Shown one piece after another: positions 29,131 to 37,979 of a DNA stretch of 60,114 nucleotides (position 1 is the stretch's first letter; every line of letters starts with the position of its first letter). This stretch comes from Bacillota bacterium (GTDB taxonomy: Bacteria; Bacillota; Limnochordia; DTU087). The notes below the pieces were generated by a model. It saw nothing but the letters and a program-made list of their open reading frames with translations. It was not told the DNA's origin and ran no database searches. Position numbers and translations under genes: made by a program. The stretch spans positions 1-60,114 of the forward strand of contig JAAYRF010000008.1 in the NCBI GenBank assembly GCA_012518905.1, written 5' to 3'.

Positions 29131-29252
29131 CGCCCGGCAGCTCCCATCCTATTCAACAAGAAATCTCTTCTTGGGCAATAAGTATAGCTATGCATGGATG
29201 GACGCAAGGGGCGGGTGTTTTCCAGTGTTGAGACGTTCCCCTTCGTTAGCTT

Positions 29253-31178
29253 CTAGACAACCAGTTCTCCTTCTTCATTGATGTAGGCTCTCAGCCGCCG
29301 CTGAGGGTCCCGAAAGACTCGAGTCTCACCGCGAATGGAGATGCTGACATTGGGGTGTACCGTCTGAGCCACTATGACCCCGCCATTGACGATGACAACC
29401 TCCGTAGCTACTCCCCCAGGGCCGCCTAACTCTCTGAATTCCACATTGCCTTCATTGACTACGACCTTGCCGCCCCTCAAGAGCCCTCGGGGTGCCTTTA
29501 CTCCCTTGCCGGCAATGATGGTGGAATAGTAACAACCGGTTCCGTTGACCATTACCTTGCCACTGGCTTCTATTGTTGCATTCTGCAGGCTTCTGACTTC
29601 GATGTCGGCATCGACTGCCTGCATAGCTTCGAGGTGCAAGGCAAAGTTCTCCAAGGAGTGGACTAGGGATTGCAGCTCCCATCGGGAAGTGCCCGTTGGG
29701 CCCAAGCCAATCAGCCTGCTCCTTAGCGTCGGTATTAGTTCCGGGAAAAACTGGAATATCTCAACGGAACGAGCAGCATGATCTTCCAATTCGATAACAT
29801 GTTTGGGGATTTCGTTGAATCTGCTCTCCAACAGCTGATGAATAATCTGACCATCAGCTAGCTTAAGCTGTTGCATTCTGGGATCCCGCTGGAGTTGCTG
29901 CAACGCCTTGAGCAGCTCGTTTAAACGAAGAGTGAGTACGTCAACCACCGATAGGATCCGTTTACACTCCGCAGACACACCCCCGGCCTGTATCCGTCCT
30001 CCGATGACACTCTTGCGGACGATGGCGCCTTTCTGCCCCATAACCTTGGCATGGGATACCAGACCTGAGATTTCCACCAAACCTCCAGATAAGACTTCTA
30101 TACTATCGAGTACATCACCATTGACCACCACATCTCCGGAGAAGCGGATATGACCAGTACTGGCATCGGCATTTTGTGGTACGAGGAACGTGGGCACAAC
30201 TTTGATAGTCTTACCATCCAAAATAGGCCGCCCTTCGCGAGTGGCCACTGCCCGGCGACCGTCATCTACGAGTTCAGCACCCTCACCTACTGACAACACA
30301 GGATTACGGTAATTGCGGGATCTAACTGTGCCCCCGAGCACGTTGGTGCCCGGCTCCCCGGGCTGTGGTTCTTTTCTTGTGGCTAACACATCGCCGGGCT
30401 GAACCCACGGGATGGTATGTCGGTCATACAAATCCACCCGGGAAGCATCAGGATCGACATCCTTCTCAGCCAGGTCTGTAAAAAGGTACTGCAGTGAGCC
30501 ATCTACAGGCTCCTGGGGCGGCTGCCCTTGGGCGACTATCATCGGTCTACCACCGGCGCTGGCAATGAGCTCCTCAATGGCTTCTCGATCAATACCAAAT
30601 ACGACCTTTGCCTCAGCAAGCTGAGCGATGACATCTTCTACAGTTGGATCTGACGGGGTAATGACCTCCTCCAGATCCGCGGCGACATAAGCGAAAGGGC
30701 CTTCCGGTATATCTCTGATTTTGAATCGCTTACCGGCATGGCGCTGTATAGATGCCATGGCCTGCATCTTCGTAGAGCTAACGTTAACCCTCACCTCATA
30801 GGTAGGCTGTTCATCGGCAGACAGGATCTCTACCTGCTCGCCATCGGCGAGGGTGTGCTTTTCCTTTATAACCTCGCCATTTACCTTGACAATAACGTTA
30901 CTTCCCGGCTTAATCACAGGCCATCTCCCACCCGCTTCCGGCGGGATAACAGTCACTTTCCCATCTTGGACAGAAATTCGGCCATCTTTCGGCATCGGAT
31001 TCTCTTCTTGTTCGTGGCCGTCATCAGAAACCTCCGCTGTCTGCTTCATATCGGAGGCTTTCGAGCCAGTCACTTCTGGGCTTTCCAGCGTCTTCTCCTC
31101 AGCTTCCTGCCCCTCGATCCGCTTGCCATCACCCAACACAGATTGCGCCCTTGCCTTAACACGATCTCGCAGAGTCAT
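29253..31178 (-). CDS. FapA family protein (DUF342, flagellar-assembly-protein-A-like)
   Basis: 641 aa. It has an acidic N-terminal tail and a FapA_N-like region (ISVQDGKVTVIPPEAGG...VKVNGEVI). The C-terminal beta-helix repeats (GDVVVNGDV...; VVNEGNVEFRELGG) are typical of DUF342. AGGGGG SD 7 nt upstream. Confidence 0.8.
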   Translation of the reverse strand: MTLRDRVKARAQSVLGDGKRIEGQEAEEKTLESPEVTGSKASDMKQTAEVSDDGHEQEENPMPKDGRISVQDGKVTVIPPEAGGRWPVIKPGSNVIVKVNGEVIKEKHTLADGEQVEILSADEQPTYEVRVNVSSTKMQAMASIQRHAGKRFKIRDIPEGPFAYVAADLEEVITPSDPTVEDVIAQLAEAKVVFGIDREAIEELIASAGGRPMIVAQGQPPQEPVDGSLQYLFTDLAEKDVDPDASRVDLYDRHTIPWVQPGDVLATRKEPQPGEPGTNVLGGTVRSRNYRNPVLSVGEGAELVDDGRRAVATREGRPILDGKTIKVVPTFLVPQNADASTGHIRFSGDVVVNGDVLDSIEVLSGGLVEISGLVSHAKVMGQKGAIVRKSVIGGRIQAGGVSAECKRILSVVDVLTLRLNELLKALQQLQRDPRMQQLKLADGQIIHQLLESRFNEIPKHVIELEDHAARSVEIFQFFPELIPTLRSRLIGLGPTGTSRWELQSLVHSLENFALHLEAMQAVDADIEVRSLQNATIEASGKVMVNGTGCYYSTIIAGKGVKAPRGLLRGGKVVVNEGNVEFRELGGPGGVATEVVIVNGGVIVAQTVHPNVSISIRGETRVFRDPQRRLRAYINEEGELVV

Positions 31179-31206
31179 TTCACGACCCCCTAGCAGACTT
31201 ACGTCC

Positions 31207-33948
31207 TTAGTCTCGCCTAATAGACCGTTCCACTAGTTTCTGAATCTCACCAAACAAAATCGGAGTAGCAGATAGACCGATGACAAGATCCCAATGCAGT
31301 GCATCCAACGGCACCACGCCAAAAATCGGCTGCAAAACCGGGACTAGAAGCACTAAGAGTTGCAGGGTTGCCGAGACCGCCAGCGCCAAGACAAGGTGCT
31401 TATTGCTGAATAATCCGATTGTGAAAATTGACTGGGTTGACCTGGCGTTCATGGCCTGGAACAGCTGGGCAAAGGCCAGGGTGGCAAAGGCCATGGTTCT
31501 AGCCATCTCAACCGGAGCCCCTCGCCTGATTCCCAAGTAATAGGCCGCCAGCCCTAAGGCACCTATTAGACATCCGTGCAGGAAAATCCTGTAAGACATG
31601 CCACCGGCAAATATACTCTCACGGCTACCACGGGGCCTATGGCGCATAACCCCCGGCTCTGGGGGCTCTACCCCTAAAGCCAAAGCCGGCAAGCCATCGG
31701 TGACCAGATTGATCCATAGGATCTGAATTGCCGTTAGAGGCCTTCCCCAACCAAGCATAATAGACATGAAAATGGTAACAATCTCGCCAACATTACAGGA
31801 TAGCAGGTAGTATACAGCCTTACGGATGTTGGCGTAAATTGTGCGTCCCTCACTGACCGCGGCCACGATAGTGGCAAAGTTATCATCGGCCAATACCATC
31901 TCCGCTGCTTCCTTTGCCACATCCGTGCCGGTGATCCCCATGGCAGCTCCAATATCTGCTCTCTTTAGAGCAGGGGCATCGTTTACCCCGTCTCCTGTCA
32001 TGGCCACCACGTGGCCTTTCGCCTTCAAAGCGTCGACAATGCGGACCTTATGTTCCGGCGAGACCCTAGCAAAAACCCGCACGTTTTCGATGATCTCCGG
32101 TAGCTCTGTATCACTAAGCTTCTCAAGCTCTGGTCCCGAGACAACCATCTGGTTCTCATCTTCCAGGATGCCGAGTTCTTCGGCGATAGCCGTCGCTGTT
32201 ATCTTATGGTCTCCTGTCACCATAACTGTTCGAATCCCTGCCGTCTTGGCCAAGTGAACTGCAGACTTCACCTCAGGCCGCGGGGGGTCAATCATTCCGG
32301 CAAAACCAACGAACACTAAGTCGCGCTCTATCGTCTCGGGAGAAAGTGATGGCGGCATACTCTCCCACAAGCGGAAACCTGTAGCCAACACCCGCAAGGC
32401 TTCCTGGCCCATATTAGCATTGATCTCCAACAGCCTCTCCCGCTCTCTTTCATCTAAGGGCCTAATCTGTCCGTGGGAGAAAACATGGCTGCACAAAGAA
32501 AGCATGACATCGGGAGCGCCTTTGGAGAAGGAGATAACGCCTTGATCCATCACCCCGCTATTAACCAAATCTCCGGTGCCATTCACTTGGTGCAATGTCG
32601 TCATCAATTTGCGTTTAGAATCAAAAGGTATTTCGCCGATGCGGGGATACTCAGGATGCTCGCCTACGGGAATACCGGCCTTAGCTCCTAAAACTACCAA
32701 AGCTCCTTCCGTGGGATCACCGATGATCTGATAGCCCGTGCCATTGGCATCAAACTGAGCATCATTTGCCAGGGAGAATCCGTGCAGAAGCATGTTAAGA
32801 TGAGCATCGGCTAAAGGCTCTGTCTTAACTTCACCGTCTTTGGTCCGAAACTCACCTGCCGGCTCATAACCTTGACCAGATACTTCGAGGAATTGGCCGT
32901 TGACATACACCCGGGTGACAGTCATCTCATTTTGAGTTAGTGTTCCGGTCTTGTCGGAAGCAATGACGCTCGCTGTGCCTAAGGTCTCAACAGCGGGCAG
33001 CTTCCGGATAATCGCTTGCCGCCTGCTCATCCTTTGTACCCCTAGGGCCAGGACAATGGTGACGATGGCAGGCAACCCCTCGGGGATAGCGGCTACCGCC
33101 AAACTGATAGCCGTCATAAACATCTCAAAGGCTGGTTCTCCCCGTAATATGCCTGCCAAGAATACCAATACCACAAGAACCAAAGCAACTGCACCCAAGC
33201 TCTTCCCCAATTCCTCCAGCTTGCGCTGCAAAGGAGTGGCTTCTTGCGGCGCTTCTTGAATCATGCTGGCAATCTTGCCGATCTCAGTGGCCATTCCGGT
33301 CGCCGTTACTATGGCTCGACAGCGTCCATAGACTGAGGTAGTACCGCTAAACACCATGTTAACACGATCGCCCAACCCGGCATCTGCATCAGCTAGGGGC
33401 ACGGTAGTCTTTTCTACGGATACAGACTCGCCTGTCATAGCCGCCTCTTCACATCGCAGGTTCACCGCTTCCACCAAGCGGGCATCAGCAGGAATGTTGG
33501 TGCCAGCCTCTAGAACTACAAGATCCCCCGGTACCAGCTCCCGAGCGGGGATCTCTTGTATCTTCCCATCTCGGATAACTGTAGCCCTAGGTGCCGACAT
33601 CTTCATTAGAGCCGCTAACGAGCTCTCTGCTTTACTCTCCTGGACTACGCCAATCAAGGCGTTGAGCATTACAATGAGTAAAATCACAATTGTATCCGTG
33701 ACCTCGCCCATCAGGCCGGATATGATGGCAGCACCGATCAGCATCAGTACCATCACTTCTTTCACTTGCCCGACCAGCATGGACCAAATACTCCGCCCAG
33801 GACTTGCCTTAAGCTCGTTGGGTCCATATTCCTCCAGTCGCCTGGTAGCCTCAAAGGAAGTAAGTCCTGCATGTATATCCGTCTCTAAGGCCGTTTCTGT
33901 CTCCTTAACTGTCATGGTGTGCCAGTTTTGTCCATCAATGTCTGCCAC
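31207..33948 (-). CDS. cation-translocating P-type ATPase, P2A (SERCA/YloB-like Ca2+) type
   Basis: 913 aa with TGES, PEGLP in M4 ([16 protein letters not shown]), DKTGTLT and [11 protein letters not shown]. Confidence 0.92.
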   Translation of the reverse strand: MADIDGQNWHTMTVKETETALETDIHAGLTSFEATRRLEEYGPNELKASPGRSIWSMLVGQVKEVMVLMLIGAAIISGLMGEVTDTIVILLIVMLNALIGVVQESKAESSLAALMKMSAPRATVIRDGKIQEIPARELVPGDLVVLEAGTNIPADARLVEAVNLRCEEAAMTGESVSVEKTTVPLADADAGLGDRVNMVFSGTTSVYGRCRAIVTATGMATEIGKIASMIQEAPQEATPLQRKLEELGKSLGAVALVLVVLVFLAGILRGEPAFEMFMTAISLAVAAIPEGLPAIVTIVLALGVQRMSRRQAIIRKLPAVETLGTASVIASDKTGTLTQNEMTVTRVYVNGQFLEVSGQGYEPAGEFRTKDGEVKTEPLADAHLNMLLHGFSLANDAQFDANGTGYQIIGDPTEGALVVLGAKAGIPVGEHPEYPRIGEIPFDSKRKLMTTLHQVNGTGDLVNSGVMDQGVISFSKGAPDVMLSLCSHVFSHGQIRPLDERERERLLEINANMGQEALRVLATGFRLWESMPPSLSPETIERDLVFVGFAGMIDPPRPEVKSAVHLAKTAGIRTVMVTGDHKITATAIAEELGILEDENQMVVSGPELEKLSDTELPEIIENVRVFARVSPEHKVRIVDALKAKGHVVAMTGDGVNDAPALKRADIGAAMGITGTDVAKEAAEMVLADDNFATIVAAVSEGRTIYANIRKAVYYLLSCNVGEIVTIFMSIMLGWGRPLTAIQILWINLVTDGLPALALGVEPPEPGVMRHRPRGSRESIFAGGMSYRIFLHGCLIGALGLAAYYLGIRRGAPVEMARTMAFATLAFAQLFQAMNARSTQSIFTIGLFSNKHLVLALAVSATLQLLVLLVPVLQPIFGVVPLDALHWDLVIGLSATPILFGEIQKLVERSIRRD

Positions 33949-33998
33949 TACTCTGGTGCGCCTCCCTATATGCCTGTAACAAACGTACGAATAAGCTA

Positions 33999-34475
33999 TT
34001 ACTTCTTCTCATCGACAAATCGAGGATCTCCGTAAACCGTAGGGCTCGGCTGATAGGCCTTAGCAGCCCGTCTGCTCTTTTGAAAATCCTCCAACTGTCC
34101 TTGCATGTTTTCTACTACTGAACGGAGCAACTCTTCGTTGACCCGCTCCTGCTCCTGCAATCTCATCAGAATATCCATAAGCTCGTCAATAGTCTTGCTA
34201 AGATCGGTGATAGGCAACCGCTCAGCTACTGCAGATAGAGCAAAAGTTTCTAGCCCCAGCTCGCATTGGAGTCTCTCGCGCAGTTCACCAAGGTCGTGCT
34301 CTCGCCCATCGATCTTACCCATGATAAGCTCTTTAGCACACAGCTTCTGGTCTACCGCCTCCCAGTTGCCCTCCTTTAGATGCCCTTCCATGGAGCTCGC
34401 CAAAGCCAATAGCTGCTCATATAATCCTAAAATAACCCTATAGCCCGCCTCCAGTTGGTCCACCAGTCTCTGCAT
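33999..34475 (-). CDS. FlgN-like protein (putative flagellar export chaperone family)
   Basis: 158 aa and all-helical. The FlgN-type layout is L..Y..LL.L...M...L..G.WE.V...L..KE.L...I, followed by LGL..F.LS. AAGGTGAG SD 8 nt upstream. The assignment is by pattern only. Confidence 0.5.
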   Translation of the reverse strand: MQRLVDQLEAGYRVILGLYEQLLALASSMEGHLKEGNWEAVDQKLCAKELIMGKIDGREHDLGELRERLQCELGLETFALSAVAERLPITDLSKTIDELMDILMRLQEQERVNEELLRSVVENMQGQLEDFQKSRRAAKAYQPSPTVYGDPRFVDEKK

Positions 34476-34504
34476 CTCTCACACTCACCTTAACTACATA
34501 TTTG

Positions 34505-34534
34505 TTGACATCCTCCCGGCCCCAACGCTACATT
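34505..34534 (+). promoter_or_regulatory. promoter (TTGACA - 18 - TACATT) for the metallophosphoesterase gene
   Basis: A perfect -35 read directly. It overlaps a minus-strand TATAAT (reverse complement of 34532-34537) that could serve the FlgN-like operon. Confidence 0.5.
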
Positions 34535-34638
34535 ATAAGCTTCGTGGAAGAGGAAAAAACTCCTACAAGCAGGAATCTACCTGAAGACGTGTACATTCTT
34601 TCCTTTTAGGCACAATAGGCCAGGAGGCAGATATTGAC

Positions 34639-35340
34639 ATGGATATATATGGTATCAGCGACTTACACCTCCCCGGTGGCGAAGACAAACCGATGGACAT
34701 CTTTGGTCCCGAGTGGCATGACCATGCGCATCGTATTGCCTCTGCTTGGCGAGAAATGGTAGCCCCTGAAGATGTGGTGCTTTTGCCCGGGGATTTATCA
34801 TGGGCCATGCGCCTGTCATCGGCACAACAGGATCTAGACTTTCTGGGAGAGCTCCCGGGCCAGATCGTGCTGGTCAAAGGCAATCACGATCTGTGGTGGA
34901 AGAGCATCAGCCAGCTGCGCCAAAGACTTCCGTCCAACGTCTATGCCATTCAAAATGACTTCTTCCCATTGCCCAAAGGACTAGCCATATGCGGTACTAG
35001 AGGCTGGAAATGCCCTACAGCCAGTGATTTCACGACTGAAGATGAAAGAGTCTACCGACGGGAGTTAGAGAGACTGCGCCTATCAGTAGGCTCTGCTACA
35101 AAAGCAGGCTACCAACCCGATATTGCAATGCTCCATTACCCACCCACTGATGAAAGCCATTCGGTTTCCGCATTCATGGAAATTCTGGAGACTGCCGGTG
35201 TTAGGCATTGCATCTATGGCCACCTCCATGGGTATGCTCAAAAGCAGGCACTCATAGGTCTACACAGAGGCGTCCACTACCATCTAGTAGCCTGTGATGC
35301 CACCGACTTCAAACCACTTTACATAACCAGCCTCACCTGA
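34639..35340 (+). CDS. metallophosphoesterase family protein
   Basis: The motifs ISDLH, GDLS and GNHD appear in the canonical order. Confidence 0.88.
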   Translation: MDIYGISDLHLPGGEDKPMDIFGPEWHDHAHRIASAWREMVAPEDVVLLPGDLSWAMRLSSAQQDLDFLGELPGQIVLVKGNHDLWWKSISQLRQRLPSNVYAIQNDFFPLPKGLAICGTRGWKCPTASDFTTEDERVYRRELERLRLSVGSATKAGYQPDIAMLHYPPTDESHSVSAFMEILETAGVRHCIYGHLHGYAQKQALIGLHRGVHYHLVACDATDFKPLYITSLT

Positions 35341-35372
35341 TGGGCCGAGCTGCAAGATGCCCAACCTTTTTG

Positions 35373-36692
35373 TTATAGCAATCCGATCTTCTTTGCTTCC
35401 CATGTGAGAGCATCTCGGAATTTCGGGTGAGCCAGACCGATGAGCAAGCGAGCCCTTTCATTGAGGGACTTGCCTTTGAGCTGAGCAACGCCATATTCCG
35501 TAACGATGTAATGTACATCGGTTCGGGGCGTGGTTACCACCGCTCCGGGACTCAGTGTTGGTACAATGCGGGATATCTCGCCTCCTTTTGCTGTGGAGCT
35601 AAAAGCGATAATGGCCTTGCCTCCCGGTGAGTCAAAGGCTCCCCGAGTAAAATCCAGTTGTCCACCGGTGCCACTGTACTGCTCTACACCAAAAGATTCG
35701 GCACAACACTGGCCAGTCAAATCCACCTGCAAAGCAGCATTAATAGCTACTTGCTTGTTGTTCTGGGCGATAACAGCCGGATCATTCACATATTGGACAG
35801 GATGGGTCTCAATCATGGGATTATCATCTAAAAAATCGTATAGTCTACGGGTACCAGTGGCAAAGGCGATCACAGCCTTATACCGATGCAAAGTCTTGCA
35901 TCGCCCGGTAGCCACCCCCGTCCGGATGAGCTCCATGAGACTGTCACTCATCATCTCAGTATGAATGCCCAAATCCCGATGATCCATAAGATACTTGGTT
36001 ACAGCACTGGGGATCCCACCAATGCCCAACTGTATGGTAGCACCGTTGGGGATCATTTCGGCGACGAGTTGGCCGATTTTCTCTTCAGCGGAGTTGAAAT
36101 TTGGCAAGGGCAGCTCCGGTAGGGGGGCCTCATGCTCGACAATTCCGTCGACCTCATCGATGTGCAGAAAACCAGCACCATGGGTACGGGGCATATTAGG
36201 GTTTACCTCGACCAAGAGCTGGCGGGCTCCGCGACACACATCAACATTGTAATCTACCGATACCCCTAGACTAAAACAACCGTGGCGGTCCATGGGAGCC
36301 ACAGTGGTAATAGCCGTATCGACTTTGCGAAACTCAGTGAAAATACGGGGGGCCTGGTGAAAGTGATTCGGAGTATATGTTGCCCTGCCCTCTTTGTATG
36401 CCTTACGATCTACACCACTAAAAAAATACGATTCCCAGTTAATTTCCGAAGGCAGATCGGGGCGTAGTACTGTCTTTAATGTATTAGCCAGAGGCAGCAT
36501 AGCATGCATAGTGATATTTTTCAGTTTGCCGGCCTCGACGGCATCGGCTATAGCAGCCAACAAAGCCGGAGGTTCGCCAGCACCTAAAGGCTGTATGATG
36601 GTGCTGCCGCTTTCAATGCCAGCCACCGCCTCTGCCGGTGTCATCAACTTCTCTTTATACTTCTCCTGTACGTCCTTGACAATAGTGATCAA
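35373..36692 (-). CDS. acetyl-CoA hydrolase/transferase family protein (4-hydroxybutyrate/succinate CoA-transferase-like)
   Basis: 439 aa with typical family I CoA-transferase layout (GGQLDF, EYGVA). The TTG start at 36692 has an AAGGAGG SD 7 nt upstream. Confidence 0.85.
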   Translation of the reverse strand: MITIVKDVQEKYKEKLMTPAEAVAGIESGSTIIQPLGAGEPPALLAAIADAVEAGKLKNITMHAMLPLANTLKTVLRPDLPSEINWESYFFSGVDRKAYKEGRATYTPNHFHQAPRIFTEFRKVDTAITTVAPMDRHGCFSLGVSVDYNVDVCRGARQLLVEVNPNMPRTHGAGFLHIDEVDGIVEHEAPLPELPLPNFNSAEEKIGQLVAEMIPNGATIQLGIGGIPSAVTKYLMDHRDLGIHTEMMSDSLMELIRTGVATGRCKTLHRYKAVIAFATGTRRLYDFLDDNPMIETHPVQYVNDPAVIAQNNKQVAINAALQVDLTGQCCAESFGVEQYSGTGGQLDFTRGAFDSPGGKAIIAFSSTAKGGEISRIVPTLSPGAVVTTPRTDVHYIVTEYGVAQLKGKSLNERARLLIGLAHPKFRDALTWEAKKIGLL

Positions 36693-36931
36693 ACTCGGAC
36701 CTCCTTTAGGCCTCCGATAGACCTATTCCCTTCTATGATTCCCCGCTAGTGTCAAAGGGACTTCACGCCACCTTTTACCACTGTCCAATACTACATTTGT
36801 GCCCACAATCCTGCTTCGGGACACCTAACCTGGCAGAGACAGGCATACGTGCAGTAGATTCGTATGGTATGTATGACACCTCTTGGCAAAGGTTATCCTA
36901 ATTTTGAATCTTAGAGAAAGGAGCTGAGTCC

Positions 36932-37225
36932 ATGCAGTTAATCCACGGAGTCGCTGTAGAGCCTAGTAATCCCTATAGCAATCAGGACATAACCATAAAC
37001 TATGATGGTCTCCTCCAAAAAAGTGGCGCAGACCAAATCTATCTGCACTATGGAGTCGATGGCTGGGAAAGTCCTGCTACCGTCCCTATGATGCGTAGTC
37101 AAAGAGGCTGCTTCCATACCATGATCAAGGCTTCTGCGAGACATGAAGTCAATTTCTGCTTCCATGATAGTGCCATGAACTGGGACAACAACAGTGGTCT
37201 GGACTGGACCATCCGGGTTTTCTAG
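36932..37225 (+). CDS. stand-alone carbohydrate-binding module protein (CBM25/CBM53-like)
   Basis: 97 aa. The pattern LHYGVDGW...VNFCFHDS..NWDNNSGLDW matches starch-binding CBM25/53 modules. AAAGGAG SD. No signal peptide. Confidence 0.7.
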   Translation: MQLIHGVAVEPSNPYSNQDITINYDGLLQKSGADQIYLHYGVDGWESPATVPMMRSQRGCFHTMIKASARHEVNFCFHDSAMNWDNNSGLDWTIRVF

Positions 37226-37264
37226 CGCCCAAAGCTGCGGGTAGAGTAAAAGTCTAATAGCAAA

Positions 37265-37307
37265 GATGGGGCGAAATCCTATAATCAGCAGAGGATCTCG
37301 CCCCATC
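37265..37307. other. strong stem-loop (GATGGGGCGA..ATCCT / AGGAT..TCGCCCCATC) without a U-tract
   Basis: Read directly. It sits between the CBM gene and the small zinc-ribbon gene. Confidence 0.6.
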
Positions 37308-37361
37308 ATCGGCAGCTGGAATCAGCGATCAGTAGCAAAAATGCGGCATGGAGGTGAAACC

Positions 37362-37538
37362 ATGGCAAACTACGTTTGCATGAAATGCGGTCAAGAAACA
37401 AACAATCCCCATTTCGATCTAGTCTCCGGCGTAGTACAATGCCCAACCTGCATGGAACAGGAGGCAAGCCTCTTAGGCAAGCTAAGGATCACCGAAGACA
37501 AAGATGCCGCCGATAGCATCCGGCCCCCCACGGTCTAG
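37362..37538 (+). CDS. small zinc-ribbon protein (58 aa, CxxC...CxxC)
   Basis: MANYVCMKCGQETNNPHFDLVSGVVQCPTCMEQ... GGAGGTGA SD 4-5 nt upstream of the ATG at 37362. The ORF-track start at 37266 lies inside the hairpin. Confidence 0.6.
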   Translation: MANYVCMKCGQETNNPHFDLVSGVVQCPTCMEQEASLLGKLRITEDKDAADSIRPPTV

Positions 37539-37581
37539 ACAACCGAACAATGGCAGGAATCCTATCCCTATGGCAAGAAGG

Positions 37582-37613
37582 GGTACAGGGCAAAATGACT
37601 GTACCTTTCTTTT
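37582..37613 (+). terminator. rho-independent terminator (GGTACAG-10 nt-CTGTACC then TTTCTTTT)
   Basis: Read directly, 44 nt after the zinc-ribbon stop. It ends only 4-16 nt before the next ORF. Confidence 0.6.
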
Positions 37614-37628
37614 GGGATGGAGAAGCAA

Positions 37629-37928
37629 ATGCAGAACCTGTTAAATAAGGGTGTCTGGACCCGACCCACTGACAAAATGGCAGTATATACCGAGCTAGAA
37701 CCAGGAAAGGCATGGGGTGTCCGGGTAACTTTGTACCCAGATACTGCTCGCGTAGAAGCCATCAACGGACCCAAGTGCACCTGGTATAAGGCACCATTAC
37801 GGATATCTGCTATAGTTAACATGCCCAACCGATGGGAAAGACTACGGGGCATCACCTTTCAGGATAAGCTAATGAAAGAGGTAGCCAATAAGCGGGCTGT
37901 GGCTGCGGAGGAAAACGCCAGACTCTAA
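37629..37928 (+). CDS. hypothetical protein (99 aa), no family recognised
   Basis: The ATG at 37629 has GGAG 6 nt upstream, and the composition is protein-like with a C-terminal helix. No promoter is visible, and competing antisense ORFs look less protein-like. Confidence 0.45.
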   Translation: MQNLLNKGVWTRPTDKMAVYTELEPGKAWGVRVTLYPDTARVEAINGPKCTWYKAPLRISAIVNMPNRWERLRGITFQDKLMKEVANKRAVAAEENARL

Positions 37929-37979
37929 CCGCTAGACATCCCCTTGCCTAATTGGCACACCATGCACGATACATCATGG

